NCBI RefSeq assembly: GCF_018350175.1
Contig: NC_058368.1
Span: 25,174,001 to 25,238,000 of the forward strand
DNA: 64,000 nucleotides
Direction of reading: 5' to 3'
DNA from: Felis catus
Taxonomy: Eukaryota
The notes under the pieces were generated by a model, which was not told the DNA's origin, ran no database searches, and worked only from the letters and a program-made list of their open reading frames with translations. The position numbers and the translations under genes were made by a program. This document shows positions 1 to 12,697 of the stretch, piece by piece. Every line of letters starts with the position of its first letter. Within the stretch, counting starts at the first letter, position 1.

Positions 1-173
1 AGGGAGGGGGCGGGCGAAAGGGTGATCGGGGTCAATTGTGTGCGGACAGACGTTACTGGGCTCATTGTGGCAATCGCCCTGCAGTGTATACAAATACCGA
101 ATTACTATGTTGTGCACCTGAAGCTAATATAATGTTATATGTCAGTTTTACTTCGATATAAGTAAATAAATAA
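1..173 (+). mobile_element. L1 3' terminal fragment (old carnivore/L1MA-like)
   Basis: ...ctatgttgtgcacctgaagctaatataatgttatatgtcagttttac followed by an A-rich tail; resembles an L1 3' UTR end. Confidence 0.75.
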
Positions 174-2293
174 TTGGTTACAGGTGTTGTCAGGCGAAGG
201 GCTGTCTGAGTCGGCAGCTACATTGATCGCTAATTTTTTTTTTTCTAAAATCAACGAGAAATGAAATATCAATGACCATTTTCTACCTAATCTAACCCAG
301 CGTCCACCTGGATCTCTGGTAAACCTTCCCCCTTATTCCTTTCAAACGTATTCTCTTTCCCAAACGGCTGTGGGAAGAACTGAGGGAGGGAGGGAGGGAG
401 GCATCCATCTGCGAGGTGAGCTTGTCAGAGAAAAGTGGAACGACGTGGACGAGCCTTGTGTCCAGTGTGCGAGCTGGAGAAATGCAGAGGAGTGTTTACA
501 CTGACTTTGGAGGGCGGGAGCAAAACGCTCAGCCGGGAGCTGCCGAGGGCAGATCACCAAAGTAAATCCCAGGCGCCTCCTCCAGCAGCCCTGACATCTG
601 GGGACAGTCCCCGGAGAGCCACACAGGGCTCACGGGGGACCCTGACGTGGAAGGAAGGGATGATGGCGCGTCTGTGAGGAAAGTGCCCCTGGCACCAGTG
701 TCATGACCATCCAGCCCCCGTGACACCTGCTCGCCCCATCACCCCTCGGGGTGGGGGTGGGGGGTGGCTGGCGTCCCGGGGACCCTGTGCCGCCCCCGTG
801 CCCACCCGGCCTCCCCGTAAGCAGGAGGGCTGATGAGCACATCAAGAACCAACCTCACGGAAGCCAAAGTGATACATCTGTTTATGGTAATTAAATAAAT
901 GCCAGCTGGACCCTCCTCGGCGTGCTTACTGAAGCACATGCCAGATTCCCGAGGCTCTCCAAGAATCCGAGAGAAATCAGAGGCGGGAAAGCGAGCTCCC
1001 AGCCACTTACCACCCACTTCTTGAGAATCCTTGGCTGAGGAGGTTTTCTCAGAACCGAGAGCCTGGCTTCGGTCCCACCGGGTCTTGAGCAAGTCATTTC
1101 ACCTTGGCTTCTCCATCTGTCAGGTGAGACGGTGACACTTGCTCTGTGCCTCCCTCCAAAGTGACCTTGGCTAGAGGTTGGCCCTTCCTCATTGACCCCA
1201 TCTACATGCTGCCTCTTTTCAAAGGAGGTTTGAGGCAGTTTAGAACCACGTGGTGCGGTGACAGGGGAAAGAAAACTGGAAGGAAGACGGTGAATGCATG
1301 CGGGTTCGTTGTATGATTTGTACCCATTGCACCCGTTCAGAGTGAGTGGCAGAAATTATAAGGATCGTGGCCTTTGGACTCAGATGTGGCTTCGGCTCCA
1401 ATGTTCCTGGGTGACCCTTGGCAAGGGACTTAACCACTCTGAGCTTCGTTTTCCTTGTCTAAAATAAGGCGGGCAGTGCAAGGAAGGGAAAATTTAAAAG
1501 ATGGGGTATGATTCACTGAACTTATCCAAAGTCACCAGGTGACTTACTTTTGCATCTAATTTTTGCTATCTGGGTGAGGAATTAGTAAGAGGGGTCCCCT
1601 CAGGTGCCCCAGATCTCTCCAAGGGATCTAGAGTAGAAGGTATGCTGGGAGGACGTTCATTCCGCATGGAGTCGGGAAGACCAGGGACGGACGGGGCTGC
1701 CGTTATGGAGGGCACGACTCCTGACAGACGGCAAGCCTCACAACAGCAGGATGGCCAGGTGGTCCAGGGGGCGCTAGAACCTACCATCCCCCTGCCTGGA
1801 GCAGGTGCTGGGACAGCAGATGTCTGCACATTTTCCTCCAACCAATTAGAAAACAGAGGTGACAAATGCAATTCCTTCTTACCCTCTGAGGTCACATGGG
1901 TATGTCCAGGCAGGCAGGATGAAGAGACAGCCTGCAAAGAGACAGGCAGCGAGAATTCTAGGCAACGGGCTGGCATCAGCGGGGTGTGGCAGCAGGAAGG
2001 AGCCCCTGCTACCTGTTCTGTGAAGCCTTTCCTGGTAACCGCTTTCCCCATCTATCTCACGGATGCTGCGCTGGTTTTAATCACAGCCCTCAGACTCCAT
2101 GCAGCTGTCGGCATGTCTGTGTCCCTAGAAGATGGTGAGCCCCGTGTCCTCAGCCTTAGCATAAATGAATGAATGGCACATAGTAGGTGCTTAGTAAATG
2201 TAGGTCTAATTAATAAGTAGAAGGCTCAGGATGGTAAGAACAAAGCAAGGAAGCAGGAGAACTGAGAGTGTTACCAAGACAGAGATTCAAGAC

Positions 2294-2485
2294 GGGCACC
2301 TGGGTGGCTCAGTCGGTTGAGCGTCCAACTTCGGCTCAGGTCATGATCTCGTGGTTCGTGAGTTCGAGCCCCGCGTCGGGCTCTCTGCTGTCAGCGCGGA
2401 GCCTGCTGCGGATCCTCTGTCCCTCTCTCTCTCTGCGCCTCCCCCACTCACACTCTCTCGCAAAAATAAAATATTCGTAAAAAAA
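2294..2485 (+). mobile_element. SINEC_Fc (carnivore tRNA-derived SINE)
   Basis: gggcacctgggtggctcagtcggtt head, GTTCGAG B-box, (CT)n, A-rich tail; TSD unclear. Confidence 0.93.
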
Positions 2486-2689
2486 GATAGAGCCTGTATC
2501 CTGAAGCCTGCTCTACGCTATGAACTCAGTATGAAGAGGGCAGTCATAAGGCCAGAGCTAGACAAACAGCGAGACCTGGTCCAACCTCCCAGATCCTTCC
2601 TGCCTACGGATGGGGTTGGGTTTCTGAGCCTGGGCTGGATCTAGGTTCATGGTTGAGGTCGATGATACAGGAAAATGTAGTATGATGCT

Positions 2690-2920
2690 AAGTGATGCAC
2701 TCCGGAGCCACACTACTTGGGTTCAATGACTGTCTCCACAGCTATCAGCCCTGTGACTTTGGACTTCTAACTTAGTTTCTCTTATACCTCAGTTTTCCCA
2801 CCTGTAAAATGGGAATAACAATAGTACCTGCATTGTAGGGTTGCTGTAAGGACTAAATGAGTTGATATGATAAAGTGCTTGGCACAGAGTGAATGTTGCA
2901 CAGGTGCCAGCTACTATTAT
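2690..2920 (+). mobile_element. MIR
   Basis: Core cctcagttttcccacctgtaaaatgggaataacaatagtacct...agggttgctgtaaggactaaatgag. Confidence 0.85.
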
Positions 2921-3394
2921 TGCCATTGGTGATGGTGTCGTCACTACCAGACGTTGAGGGGGTTGGGGCGGGGGGCGTGCACGGTCCATAGGTCCTGACG
3001 GTGATACAGTAAAAGGAGAGAGGAATCTCATGGGTCCTGGCTTCCATCTATTGTATTACAACTGCCCCCACTTCAACCGGCGAGGGGTTGATCATCTGAA
3101 GATTAGTTCTCTACGTGCTGCTGGGAAATGTTTCAGGTTCCGCCTTTTGAGACCTGGGACAGTCCCTACCCCCGCGGTGCCACAGGTTGACTTTGAAAAG
3201 AACACGGGTGTGAGATTTGTTTGCCGGTGTACTCAAGTGAATCAGGGGTTTTTGTGGCTTGAGGGATGGGGGACCAAGCTTTCTCTTTTTGTCTTTATGC
3301 TGTCTTGTGGGCTCTCGGGCCTAAAGGGGGCGAAAGAACATTAAAACCCGTTCAGTTCTTAAGGGGAGTTCTTGCTTAGTTGTTTTTAAACACA

Positions 3395-3560
3395 TACTTG
3401 TAAAGCACTTACCATGTGCCAGGCACACTATTCTGATTACAAATACTAACACAATCTCCAACATAACCCTGTAAAATAGAGCAATCTTTGTCACTACTTT
3501 ACAGGTGAGGAAGGAGGCACAGAGAGGGTAAGCAATGTGCTCACAAGCTCACAGCAGGGA
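3395..3560 (-). mobile_element. MIR
   Basis: agcacttaccatgtgccaggcac...ttttacaggtgaggaa...ggcacagagagggtaagcaa. Confidence 0.75.
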
Positions 3561-4382
3561 CCAATGAGGCCAGGCTCATGAACACAGGCGCCCGGTCCCA
3601 GAGCTGGTCGCGTGTCTCCTATTATGCCACCTCGCCGGAAGGCCTAAGTTTGGGTAAATGCACGAGAAGGTAAGCTGGCCTTTCCCAGCCCAGGGTGAGT
3701 TCAACTGCCAGTTACCCCAGAGTCTCCCACTCAGAGCAGCCCTGCCTTCCCCGATGGAAGGAAAGAGAAGTCCCACAGACTCCACCAGAGTCCCAGATTC
3801 CTGCTGACTCTGGGAGCCCAGCTTCGGAAGGAAGGTTTTGTGCCCCAAAGACTCCTCCCATATGGCCGAGGACACTGTCTAGCCTGAGACCCCTCCACCG
3901 CCTCTTCCCCTTGGTTTTCTATTACTTCTCAGACACCCCCCCCCCCCCGGTCTGAGAACAGGTAGGGCCTGGGGCCTGGGGGACTTCTTTCCTCTTTTCC
4001 AAGCAAAGGGAAGAAGCCCCAGGGAGCCTGCGGATGTCAGTAAACAGGTCTGTGTGATCGCTGGGCCTTCACAATTGGACAGCCTTTTCTTTCCCCTGAT
4101 AGAGATAAATGTTGATAACTCAATGATGATGAAAACATTGTAAAGTGCCAAGCACAGCATGTTTAGTTACAAAAGCCAGGAATAATTGCTTCAGCCTTCC
4201 TGCTAAGAAAACCAGTTGTTGGGTCCAGGATAATTCTAGTAAGAAATTGGCATTCGGGGATTAATTGTTTAGAATGTAATGACTGCTACAACCCAAACTA
4301 ATGAGAACAGAAGGCGGCTTCCAATTTGAATTTCAGGAATGAAATCGGCTTTGCCAGGCTGGCTGGTGCAGAAAAAGAGAAT

Positions 4383-4413
<31 letters not shown>

Positions 4414-5514
4414 TTGACCTCAGTTCTGATTGGGCAAAAAAATAAGAAAGCATTTTGCAAGAACAGCTTCTGAGAAGACTAGCCAAAAGTCTGTGCAGAC
4501 GCCTCAGGAAAATTCTTGATTGATTATTAAAAGCCCGGCTGAGCTTTTCCTTGGGGCCCTGAGCAGGTGCGGGGGCAGCGAGGCAGGGGTGAGTCACGGA
4601 CTGCGCTGGGCGGGGGTGGGGGGAGCGGGCACTGGGCATGGAGTCCCACCCGTCCCTGCCACTTCCGCTCTGACCTTCAGCAGGTCACCCGTCCTTTCCG
4701 AATCTGTCCTCCTGCAAACAGCACTCGCCCTGCCAACTTCAGTGGCTTATGGTGAGGCTCGGGTGAGCAAACAGCTAGCAAAGTGCGCTGTGATCTTTAG
4801 ATCACAACGTGGGTGAAGAGCGTTATTTGGATAAGTTACCCCTTCCTCCTTCTTTTATGTGTTTGCTTAGCCCTAAAAGGGACTCAAGGCAACCTGCCTA
4901 TTCTTTTCTAATTTCTAGCATCGCTGTGAGCAGCGTGTTGAATAACTCTCAAGGCAGGCAGTGGTTCAGTGCCAGAAAAGACCAGAAAAGACCCAGGAAG
5001 GTTGGTAGTCTCCACGGGACAGGAGCCTGAGGGCCCCTGAGGGAGTAGAACCCTTGCTGGCTCTTCAAAAGGCACTACAGATAAGAGGTGAGGGAGTGAA
5101 GGAAATGGGAGTGGCCCACTCATTCAAGTGTCTATTTGTTGAGCTCTGGCTATGAAGATATATTTATTTACTGAGGGACTGTTAGGGGAGTGGCATCATG
5201 ATAACGGGATTAAAAGGACCCTCACAAGACCTACTTGACTCATGGGAGAGGCCGCAAATTCCCCACCAGTGTCCAACTCTTACCCAGCTTGCTTTCCCAG
5301 TTTCCTCCCATCTCCATCCCTGCCTTCTAGCTGACGTTGGTAATACAGATGCTGAGCAGTATTCCCTGGAGTTCTTTCCACTGGAAAGCACCCTCCTCAA
5401 AGTCCTACCGTCAGTGGAGGACTCCTCAGACTGCCTGCCCAACGTGAGGTCAGAGAAGGTTCTCCGAGAGGAGTTAGATGTGATGCTCTTAGGGTAAAGG
5501 CAAAGGCATTGGAA

Positions 5515-6235
5515 AGTCGCAAGTGTTGGCCAAGGACGTGGAGAAACCAGAAACCTTGCACACTGTTGGTGAGAATGTGAAATGGTGCAGCTCCTGTAAA
5601 AAACAAAACAAAACAAAAAAACAGGAATTTTTTGTATGGAGGTCCCTTATAGCATTTAATATAGAATTACCGTGTGGCCCCGCAATTCCACGTCAAAGAG
5701 TTGAAAATGGGCTCAAACAGGTATTTGTACCCCAATGTTCACAGCAGCATTATGTGCGATAGCCAAAAGGTGGAAACAACCCAAGAATCCATCAACAGAT
5801 GAATGGATAAGCAAAATACGGTCTGTACCTACAATGGAATATTACTCGGCTACAAAAATCAATAAAATTCTGACACATGCTACAACATGGATGAACCTTG
5901 AAGACACGGTGCCAAGTGCAATAAGCCAGGCACAAAAGGACAAAGATCGCATGATTCCACTCATACAAACTATCTCACAGAGGCAAGTTGACAGAGACAA
6001 AAGGTAGATTATTCAAGATCACCAGGGGCTGAGGGGAAGCGGAGAGTTACTGCTTAAGGGTCACGCTTTCTGTCTGGAATGGCAAAAAAAAGTTCTGGAA
6101 ATAGATAGTGGTGGTGGTCATACAACATTATGACTGTAATTAATGCCACTGGACTGTACACTTAAAATAGCAAAAATGGCAAATTTTGTGTTTTAAGATT
6201 TTATCATAGTAAAAATATATAATTCGCTTAAAAAT
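5515..6235 (+). mobile_element. L1MB-like fragment (ORF2 3' end and 3' UTR), decayed
   Basis: Translation MFTAALCAIAKRWKQPKNPSTDEWISK...TMEYYSA...HATTWMNLED is the L1 ORF2 C-terminus; followed by an L1M 3' UTR. Confidence 0.9.
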
Positions 6236-6612
6236 GAAGGCAAAGTTCCTGGACAAAGTTGGGCAGGGCAGAGCCCTTGCTTGCCTAGGGCGGGGTTCCC
6301 CCCCCCCCCCAAGCCTGTCTTCCCTGCCTCTCTAGCCACTTGGCATCAGTTCAGCCATAGCACTCACCTTGCCCCCCCCCCACCCACCCACAGCAAGCCT
6401 TTTCACACCGCGTGCCAGGTCAGGTTCCTTGGTTACACTCTCAGAGACCCATGCTCCTTCTTCAAAGTACAAGCTCCAATGATGGAATATTCGAATCATG
6501 TCTGGCTCTCCCATGAGACATAAATGCCGTGGTAACAGGGATCATGTCTGTTTACTCTCTCCATGTTAGTGCTACTGCCCCTCGGAGGTCCTCGGTAAAT
6601 AAATACATTCTA

Positions 6613-6830
6613 GGGGCGCCTGGGTGGCTCAGTAGGTTAAGTGTCGGACTTTGGCTCAGGTCACGATCTCATAGTTCATGAGTTCAAGCCCTACCTTGGG
6701 CTCCGTGCTGACGATGCGGAGCCTGCTTGGGATGCTCTCGTCCCCTCTCTCTCTGCCCCTCCCTAGCTTGCACGCATGTGCGCGCTCTCGCTCTCGCTCT
6801 CTCTCTCTCTCTCAAATAAATAGGCTTTAA
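6613..6830 (+). mobile_element. SINEC_Fc, older-type copy
   Basis: ggggcgcctgggtggctcag head, cctgcttgggat body, (CT)n, aaataaata tail. Confidence 0.92.
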
Positions 6831-6899
6831 TACATACGTCCATACATCCATTCTGGATGAAGAAACACAGGTACAAATGAGCTACTCCATCTTTCCCCC

Positions 6900-7630
6900 C
6901 CGCCATCTCCCCTCTATCTCTATCCCAATATTCATTAACCATAGCATTTGCATCTGTTGAAATAATTTGAAGTATTTATTTCTTTATGTATCCACAGTGT
7001 CCTTGCCTTCTCATTATACGGTAAACCCCTTGAGAGCAGGGACTTTTTCTGCCTTGCCCCCCGTGGTACCCCCAGTATACAACAATGCCTGGCATATTAT
7101 AGGGCTCAGTAGGTATCTATCGAATCAATGAATAAGCAGACCTCATTAACTCCTGCCCGGATTATCTTCTACTCAATTTCATTGTCTCCATAGGCGCGCC
7201 AGTCATGTCACTACACGGACAAATTGTCAATTTGTCCTTGTCCCGTTTCTGCTCTAAGCCTCCACCGCTCCCCCAGGGCCTGGAGGAATGGTCCATGTTC
7301 CTGGTAGAGCCTACTCTGGCCTCTCCTGACACTCCCCATGCCACCCCTCAAACCCTTCCACACTCACTAGATAGACCATTCTTAACTCATGCCTCCCCAG
7401 AATACCCTCCCCCACTTCCTTGTCTGGTTAGTACTTTCTCACCCTTCAAGACTGCTCAGATGTCACCCCCTTCCAGAAGCCCTTCCCTGAAAGTGTGTGT
7501 TCCTATTGTGATGCAAAACTGTTCACTGCCGGGCTCTCCCACTAGACTTGCCGCCCCAGAGAGCTGAGCAAGTTCCATCCATCTCGGTGCGTGGCTCATT
7601 GCCTGACATATGGCAAGCGCTCACTGAAGA
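6900..7630 (+). mobile_element. L2 3'-end fragments (two adjacent)
   Basis: gtaaaccccttgagagcagggac...acaatgcctggcatattatagggctcagtaggtatctatcgaatcaatgaataa; second copy cttcaagactgctcagatgtcacccccttccagaagccttccctga. Confidence 0.65.
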
Positions 7631-8212
7631 GGGGTTTAACCAAACTGAGCTCTTCAGAGTGAATCTGAGAATAAAGAGGATGGTCTCTTGATGGAGACAC
7701 AGGATCTCAGTTCTGTGGAGTCACCACCCTGAGACCTGACAAGATGGCTCCCTAAACCCTGTGCTCTGCAAGTCTCTCCTGGCCCTCCTCAGGCCGAGTC
7801 CCACCTGTGGGCTAAGGAATCTGCAGCCACAAGTGAATGTTCCCACCTGGAGCTTGCACCTTCCCTCCCAGGCCTCTCCCTGGGTATCTAGAGCTTGTCT
7901 TCTACGGATCTACCCTCGCAAGGGCACACCGTGCCACCAGTATGCATGCCCCTAGGCCCGGCTTCCTTTTTGTGGAGACCGTGGACAGAACCAAGATGTA
8001 CAGGCCGGGGTGGCCACGGACGTACATCAGGTATGGGACAGGGACGGAGATGGGAAGAAAAGAGAGGCGGGCTGCCCATGGCCAACTCTCTCTCTCCACC
8101 ACCACGTTCTGGAACTCTGAGGAGTCTGGGCCCTCTAAATTTAAGGCTGGCCTTCTGATGTGTTGTGAAGGTGTTTATCTATTAAGATAGGAAGAAAACA
8201 CGTATTTTATTT

Positions 8213-8447
8213 TATTTTATTTTATTTTTTTAATTTATTTTTTAATTTTTTTAATGTGTATTTATTTTTGAGACAGACAGCATGAACGGGGGAGGGTCAG
8301 AGAGAGAGGGAGACACAGAATCTGAAACAGGCTCCAGGCTCTGAGCTGTCAGCACAGAGCCTGACGCGGGGCTGGAACTCACGGACCGCGAGATCGTGAC
8401 CTGAGCCGAAGTCGGACGCCTAACCGACTGAGCCACCCAGGCGCCCC
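8213..8447 (-). mobile_element. SINEC_Fc with perfect 19-bp TSD
   Basis: TSD GAAAACACGTATTTTATTT at 8194-8212 and 8448-8466. Confidence 0.97.
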
Positions 8448-8686
8448 GAAAACACGTATTTTATTTAACAGTCTCTGGCTTAGTATGTAACTCTGAAACA
8501 TCTATCTAAACGGCTTGTGAGCCTCTATCTGACCCTTGCCCTGGGTCTTGCTAATGCTGAGGGTGGGCCTGGACCTCAGCCGGAAAGAAGGGCATCCCTA
8601 TCACAAGGAGAGGGGATCGTGAGATATGGTTCTCATGTCCTGAACAAAAAATACAAGGAAATTGCTACACTAAATAGGTCTTTTTC

Positions 8687-8920
8687 TTTTTTTTTCTTTT
8701 TTTTTTAAAAATTTTTTAACGTTTATTTATTTTTGAGACAGAGAGAGACAGAGCATGAACGGGGGAGGAGCAGAGAGAGAGGGAGACACAGAATCGGAAG
8801 CAGGCTCCAGGCTCTGGGCCATCAGCCCAGAGCCCGACGCGGGGCTCAAACTCACGGACCGTGAGATCGTGACCCGAGCTGAAGTCGGACGCCTAACCGA
8901 CTGAGCCACCCAGGCGCCCC
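8687..8920 (-). mobile_element. SINEC_Fc with perfect 16-bp TSD
   Basis: TSD TAAATAGGTCTTTTTC at 8671-8686 and 8921-8936. Confidence 0.97.
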
Positions 8921-9008
8921 TAAATAGGTCTTTTTCAATAAGCGAGTTTGTGTTCTCGTTTCCCTTCGGTTACACTGTAGTGTCTGATGGTGAAGGGAAA
9001 ACCTTAAA

Positions 9009-9011
<3 letters not shown>

Positions 9012-9057
<46 letters not shown>
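9012..9057. repeat. (GT)23 microsatellite
   Basis: Perfect dinucleotide run read directly. Confidence 0.97.
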
Positions 9058-9060
<3 letters not shown>

Positions 9061-9940
9061 TTATTCACAGGCCTGAGAGAGAGAAGGAAGGGACAAGCAA
9101 GATTGTTTTGTCTCGAACTATCTGCCAGATGTCAGGAAAAGGGTTACCTGGAGGCGGGTACAGGCAGGAGGACTGAGAAGGGGCTTGAAAGACGTTCCCA
9201 GGACGCAGGAAACGTCCACTGTCTTGATCGGAGTGGTGGTTACTGGGTCACGCAGACTGAAAATTCACCAAGCTGCACACCTGAGATCAATGCACTTTAC
9301 ACACAAGTCAGCTTGGGCTTGCCGGCTCAATGCCCTTGAGCGAGTTACTTGTCCTCTTAAACCTCAATTTACTTAATACATAGTGGGTAAGATCAACACG
9401 TCTACCTCGCGGCGCTGCGGGAAAGGCAGAAGCAGCGAGAACGCAGTCAGCCGTGCTCCTTTATTATATTAGCTGCATTAACTACTATTGCATTAGCTAT
9501 GTAAGCTGTTGATTCTTTAAAGGCTTGAAACTTTGAGACGTATGGGTTTTTTAAGGTAGTTTTTCTTAGAAAAACAACAACAAAAATGAGTTGGCTCTAT
9601 CCAAAACTCTTCTCTCTTCTAACTAGTTTGTCGATACCACTCATTTTCACTGCCTGATTTCTTGTAAACCACACTCCGTCTAGGTGTCGACTTTACTGCA
9701 TGGTAAGACCTTTACTGCTGTCACGGGGGACTTCACCTTGGCCCCGGGAGAGCCCTCATCCTGGCTCTAGCTGATTCCCCCTGTGTAATGCCCTCGCTCT
9801 TGTCTCATTCCACACGGGAAGCTCAGCGTGGGTGGCGGGGAGATTTTGGTTGTTCTTAGATTAGGTAAGCTGGGATGGCCATTTTTGAGTCTCCAAAATG
9901 TTGAACACGCCCTCCTCATTACACCGCTATTCAAGTATGC

Positions 9941-10131
9941 GTCTGACTTTCAGCTCAGGTCACGATCTCGCGGTCCGTGAGTTCGAGCCCCGCGTCGGGC
10001 TCTAGGCTGATGGCTCAGAGCCTGGAGCCTGCTTCCGATTCTGTGTCTCCCTCTCTCTCTGCCCCTCCCCCGTTCATGCTCTGTCTCTCTCTCTGCCTCA
10101 AAAATAAATAAACGTTAAAAAAAAAAATTTA
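9941..10131 (+). mobile_element. 5'-truncated SINEC_Fc
   Basis: Begins at gtctgactt..cagctcaggtcacg, lacking the head/A-box; TSD AAGTATGC at 9933-9940 and 10132-10139. Confidence 0.93.
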
Positions 10132-10439
10132 AAGTATGCTGTTCCCTAAATTCACCCTCACGAGGAGAAGTGGGCTTTGAGAGAGTTCTAGGAGCTTCAA
10201 GAATACTATTTGTACATTCACCAAACCTTTCCTAGTGCCCACCAAGGACAAGGGGCCATCCCGGGCACCTGGGAGAAATAAAGAGGGTCTTGGGCCCCAG
10301 AGAGCTTAACTGGCCCTCCTCTAGATGAGGCTCTGAGAACGTGAACTTCAGCCATGCAGATGCTAATCTCATTATGAATCAGGCAGAAATACGTACTCAA
10401 GGGAAGGCGGCTGAACAGAGTGCGCACAGTGGGGCTGCT

Positions 10440-10574
10440 TTGCTCATGACCCCTCATGTAGCCCTCCCGACAACCCCGCCGAGCAATTTTCATTATTCTC
10501 ATTTTACAGACGAGGACACTGAGGCTCAGAGAAGCCAAGACATGGCCTGAAGTCACAAAGTTCATAAATGGAGG
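10440..10574 (-). mobile_element. MIR
   Basis: cattattctcattttacagacgaggacactgaggctcagaga. Confidence 0.75.
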
Positions 10575-10730
10575 CAGGACTGGCTACATCATTTGTGGGC
10601 AACAGTGCAAAGTGAAAATAAGGGGCCTTGGTTGAAAAAAATCAAGAATTTCATGGTGGTGTCAGTAATCCATTAAATCAAGCCTGGGACCCTTCTAAGC
10701 TCGGGGCCCTGTGCAGCTGCACAGGTTGGC
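10575..10730. mobile_element. MER45A-like hAT-Tip100 DNA transposon remnant
   Basis: caggactggctacatcatttgtgggcaacagtgcaaagtgaaaat...ggggccctgtgcagctgcacagg resembles recalled MER45A consensus. Confidence 0.65.
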
Positions 10731-10999
10731 TGCTACTCTGGTTTCCTACAGATGGACACAAGGCCACCCTAGTGACCTTTCTAACCAGAGCCAGATGCAG
10801 CCAGGAGCCCAGGTATCTCCTGAAACCTATGGGACCGAGGAGTCTGTCCCGGGCACAAGCCACCTGTACCGAAGGTGGTTAGGAATCCAGTCCTTAGCTT
10901 CATTCTCTGCTGTCTGGAACTTTCTCAGTCCCTCTATGAACTCTGTGGCCTCTGGTCCAGCTCCAGGCCTGGGACTGGCCATGTCAGCATAATGCCCCA

Positions 11000-11700
11000 T
11001 CAATTAAGAATAAGAGGGGCGCCTGGGTGGCTCAGTCGGTTAAGCATCCGACTTCAGCTCAGGTCACGATCTCACGGTCCGTGAGTTCGAGCCCCGCGTC
11101 GGGCTCTGGGCTGATGGCCCGGAGCCTGGAGCCTGCTTCCGATTCTGTGTCGCCCTCTCTCTCTGCCCCTCCCCCATTCATGCTCTGTCTCTCTCTTTCT
11201 GTCTCAAAAATAAATAAACGTTAAAAAAAAAAAAAAGAATAAGATTGGTGGCAAAGAACAGAGTGATCAAGCATCAGTGGCTTGAACAAATAGAGGTTTC
11301 TTTGTCTCACAGAACAAAGACCAGGAATAGAGAGCTTCTAGCGTTAGTTCAGGTGCTCAAAATGTCAAGATTGGCCACTCTGTGACTTTCCTGCTCTTTC
11401 CTTCAGGGTATCAATGTTGTAGTTGCAAGATGCTCACTGTGGCTCTAGCCATCTTGACCGCGTTCAAGAGTAACAGAAGGCGAAGGGTGACCCTGGTCTC
11501 AAAAAGGAAAGCGAAAGCTTCCTCAGGGTCCCTACCTCCAAAGGATACCCCTGAAGTTTCACTGCCCCAAACTGGGTCACACGGCCACCCAGAACTGCTA
11601 AGAAGGGCTGGGAAAACAAAGAACAGGGACTCAGTGGCTCAGGCCAGGAAGTGGTCACTAAGCTGCCATGAACAAAACTGAAATACTGGTAACCACGGCG
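11000..11700 (-). mobile_element. Old MaLR LTR (MLT1J/K/L-like), interrupted by a SINE
   Basis: cagtggcttgaacaaatagaggtttctttgtctcac...gttgcaagatg...aactgggtcacacggccacc...ggctgggaaa. Confidence 0.6.
11016..11234 (+). mobile_element. SINEC_Fc
   Basis: TSD AAGAATAAGA at 11006-11015 and 11235-11244. Confidence 0.97.
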
Positions 11701-12189
11701 GGGGAGAAAAGAGCTAGTACTGAGTAAGCGCTTAAGACTGCTGGTTACTCTATGGACACCTCTTGTGCCCTGAGTTCATCCCAGTCCACGCGTATGCCTC
11801 CCAGCAACAGTCCTGGGGGATCCTGAGATCACACGGGTGCCTGGGGGTCCCTGGGGGTGCCTGTCACCCCAGGAATGTGGGAAGCTGGCAGCCCATGTCG
11901 CTTCCTCTCTTCCCTTACAACTCACAGAGAGTTAAGGTCTTTCCAAGCATGCCCTCCCTCTCCTGTGGGATCATAGGCTCCTGGGGGGCAAGTCCATGTT
12001 CAGCGTGAAGAAAGGTACTTAATGGTGTCAACTGTGTGAGGCACCGCGATGTTGCTACAACCCATTAACGTGCAATAAAGCCTACAACACAGACCTGAGG
12101 GGAGTGAGAGGAGAAGGCACAGAGTGTCTTTAATAGCATAGCTTGGAGAGTCAAGGAGGGCTTGCAGGGAAGGCTACCGATCCACCCAT

Positions 12190-12680
12190 CTATTCATTCA
12201 TTCAATCATTCAATCATTCGGGGCGCCTGGGTGGCTCAGTCGGTGAAGCAGCCGACTTCGGCTCAGGTCATGATCTCGTGGTCCGTGAGTTCGAGCCCCG
12301 CGTCGGGCTCTGTGCTGACAGCTTGGAGCCTGGAACCTGTTTCAGATCCTGTGTCTCCCTCTCTCTGACCCTCCCCCGTTCATGCTCTGTCTCTCTCTGT
12401 CTCAAAAATAAATAAACGTTAAAAAAAAATCATTCAATCATTCAAATATTTATTTAGCACCTACTCTATGCCAAACACTGTCCTAGGCACTGGGGATGCA
12501 TTAGTGAATGAGGTAAACAGGTCCCTGGCCTCACGGGCTTGATCTCCATCTAGTCCAGACAGGAAGTAAAAAAAAAAAAAAAAAAAAAAAAACCCAAGTA
12601 AATATGTCAGATAATGTTAAATGCTTTACAGAGAATTAAAACAAGCTTCTATGGACTGGGTCATCTAGGAAAGCCTTCTC
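12190..12680 (-). mobile_element. L2 3' end (interrupted by SINE)
   Basis: attcattcattcaa...atatttatttagcacctactctatgccaaacactgtcctaggcactggggat. Confidence 0.75.
12220..12427 (+). mobile_element. SINEC_Fc inserted in the (CATT)n tail of an L2
   Basis: TSD AATCATTCAATCATTC at 12204-12219 and 12428-12443. Confidence 0.97.
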
Positions 12681-12697
12681 TTAAAAAAGCGACACGT

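Noticed and set aside
1761..1776. CTCF-like CCAGGGGGCGCTA; weaker matches near 16445 and 47763
   Set aside because: Each has 2-3 mismatches to the core; cannot be supported without PWM scoring or ChIP data.
1642..2172. 176-aa plus-strand ORF and overlapping 161-aa antisense ORF
   Set aside because: No recognisable domain or codon bias; expected by chance in GC-rich intron.
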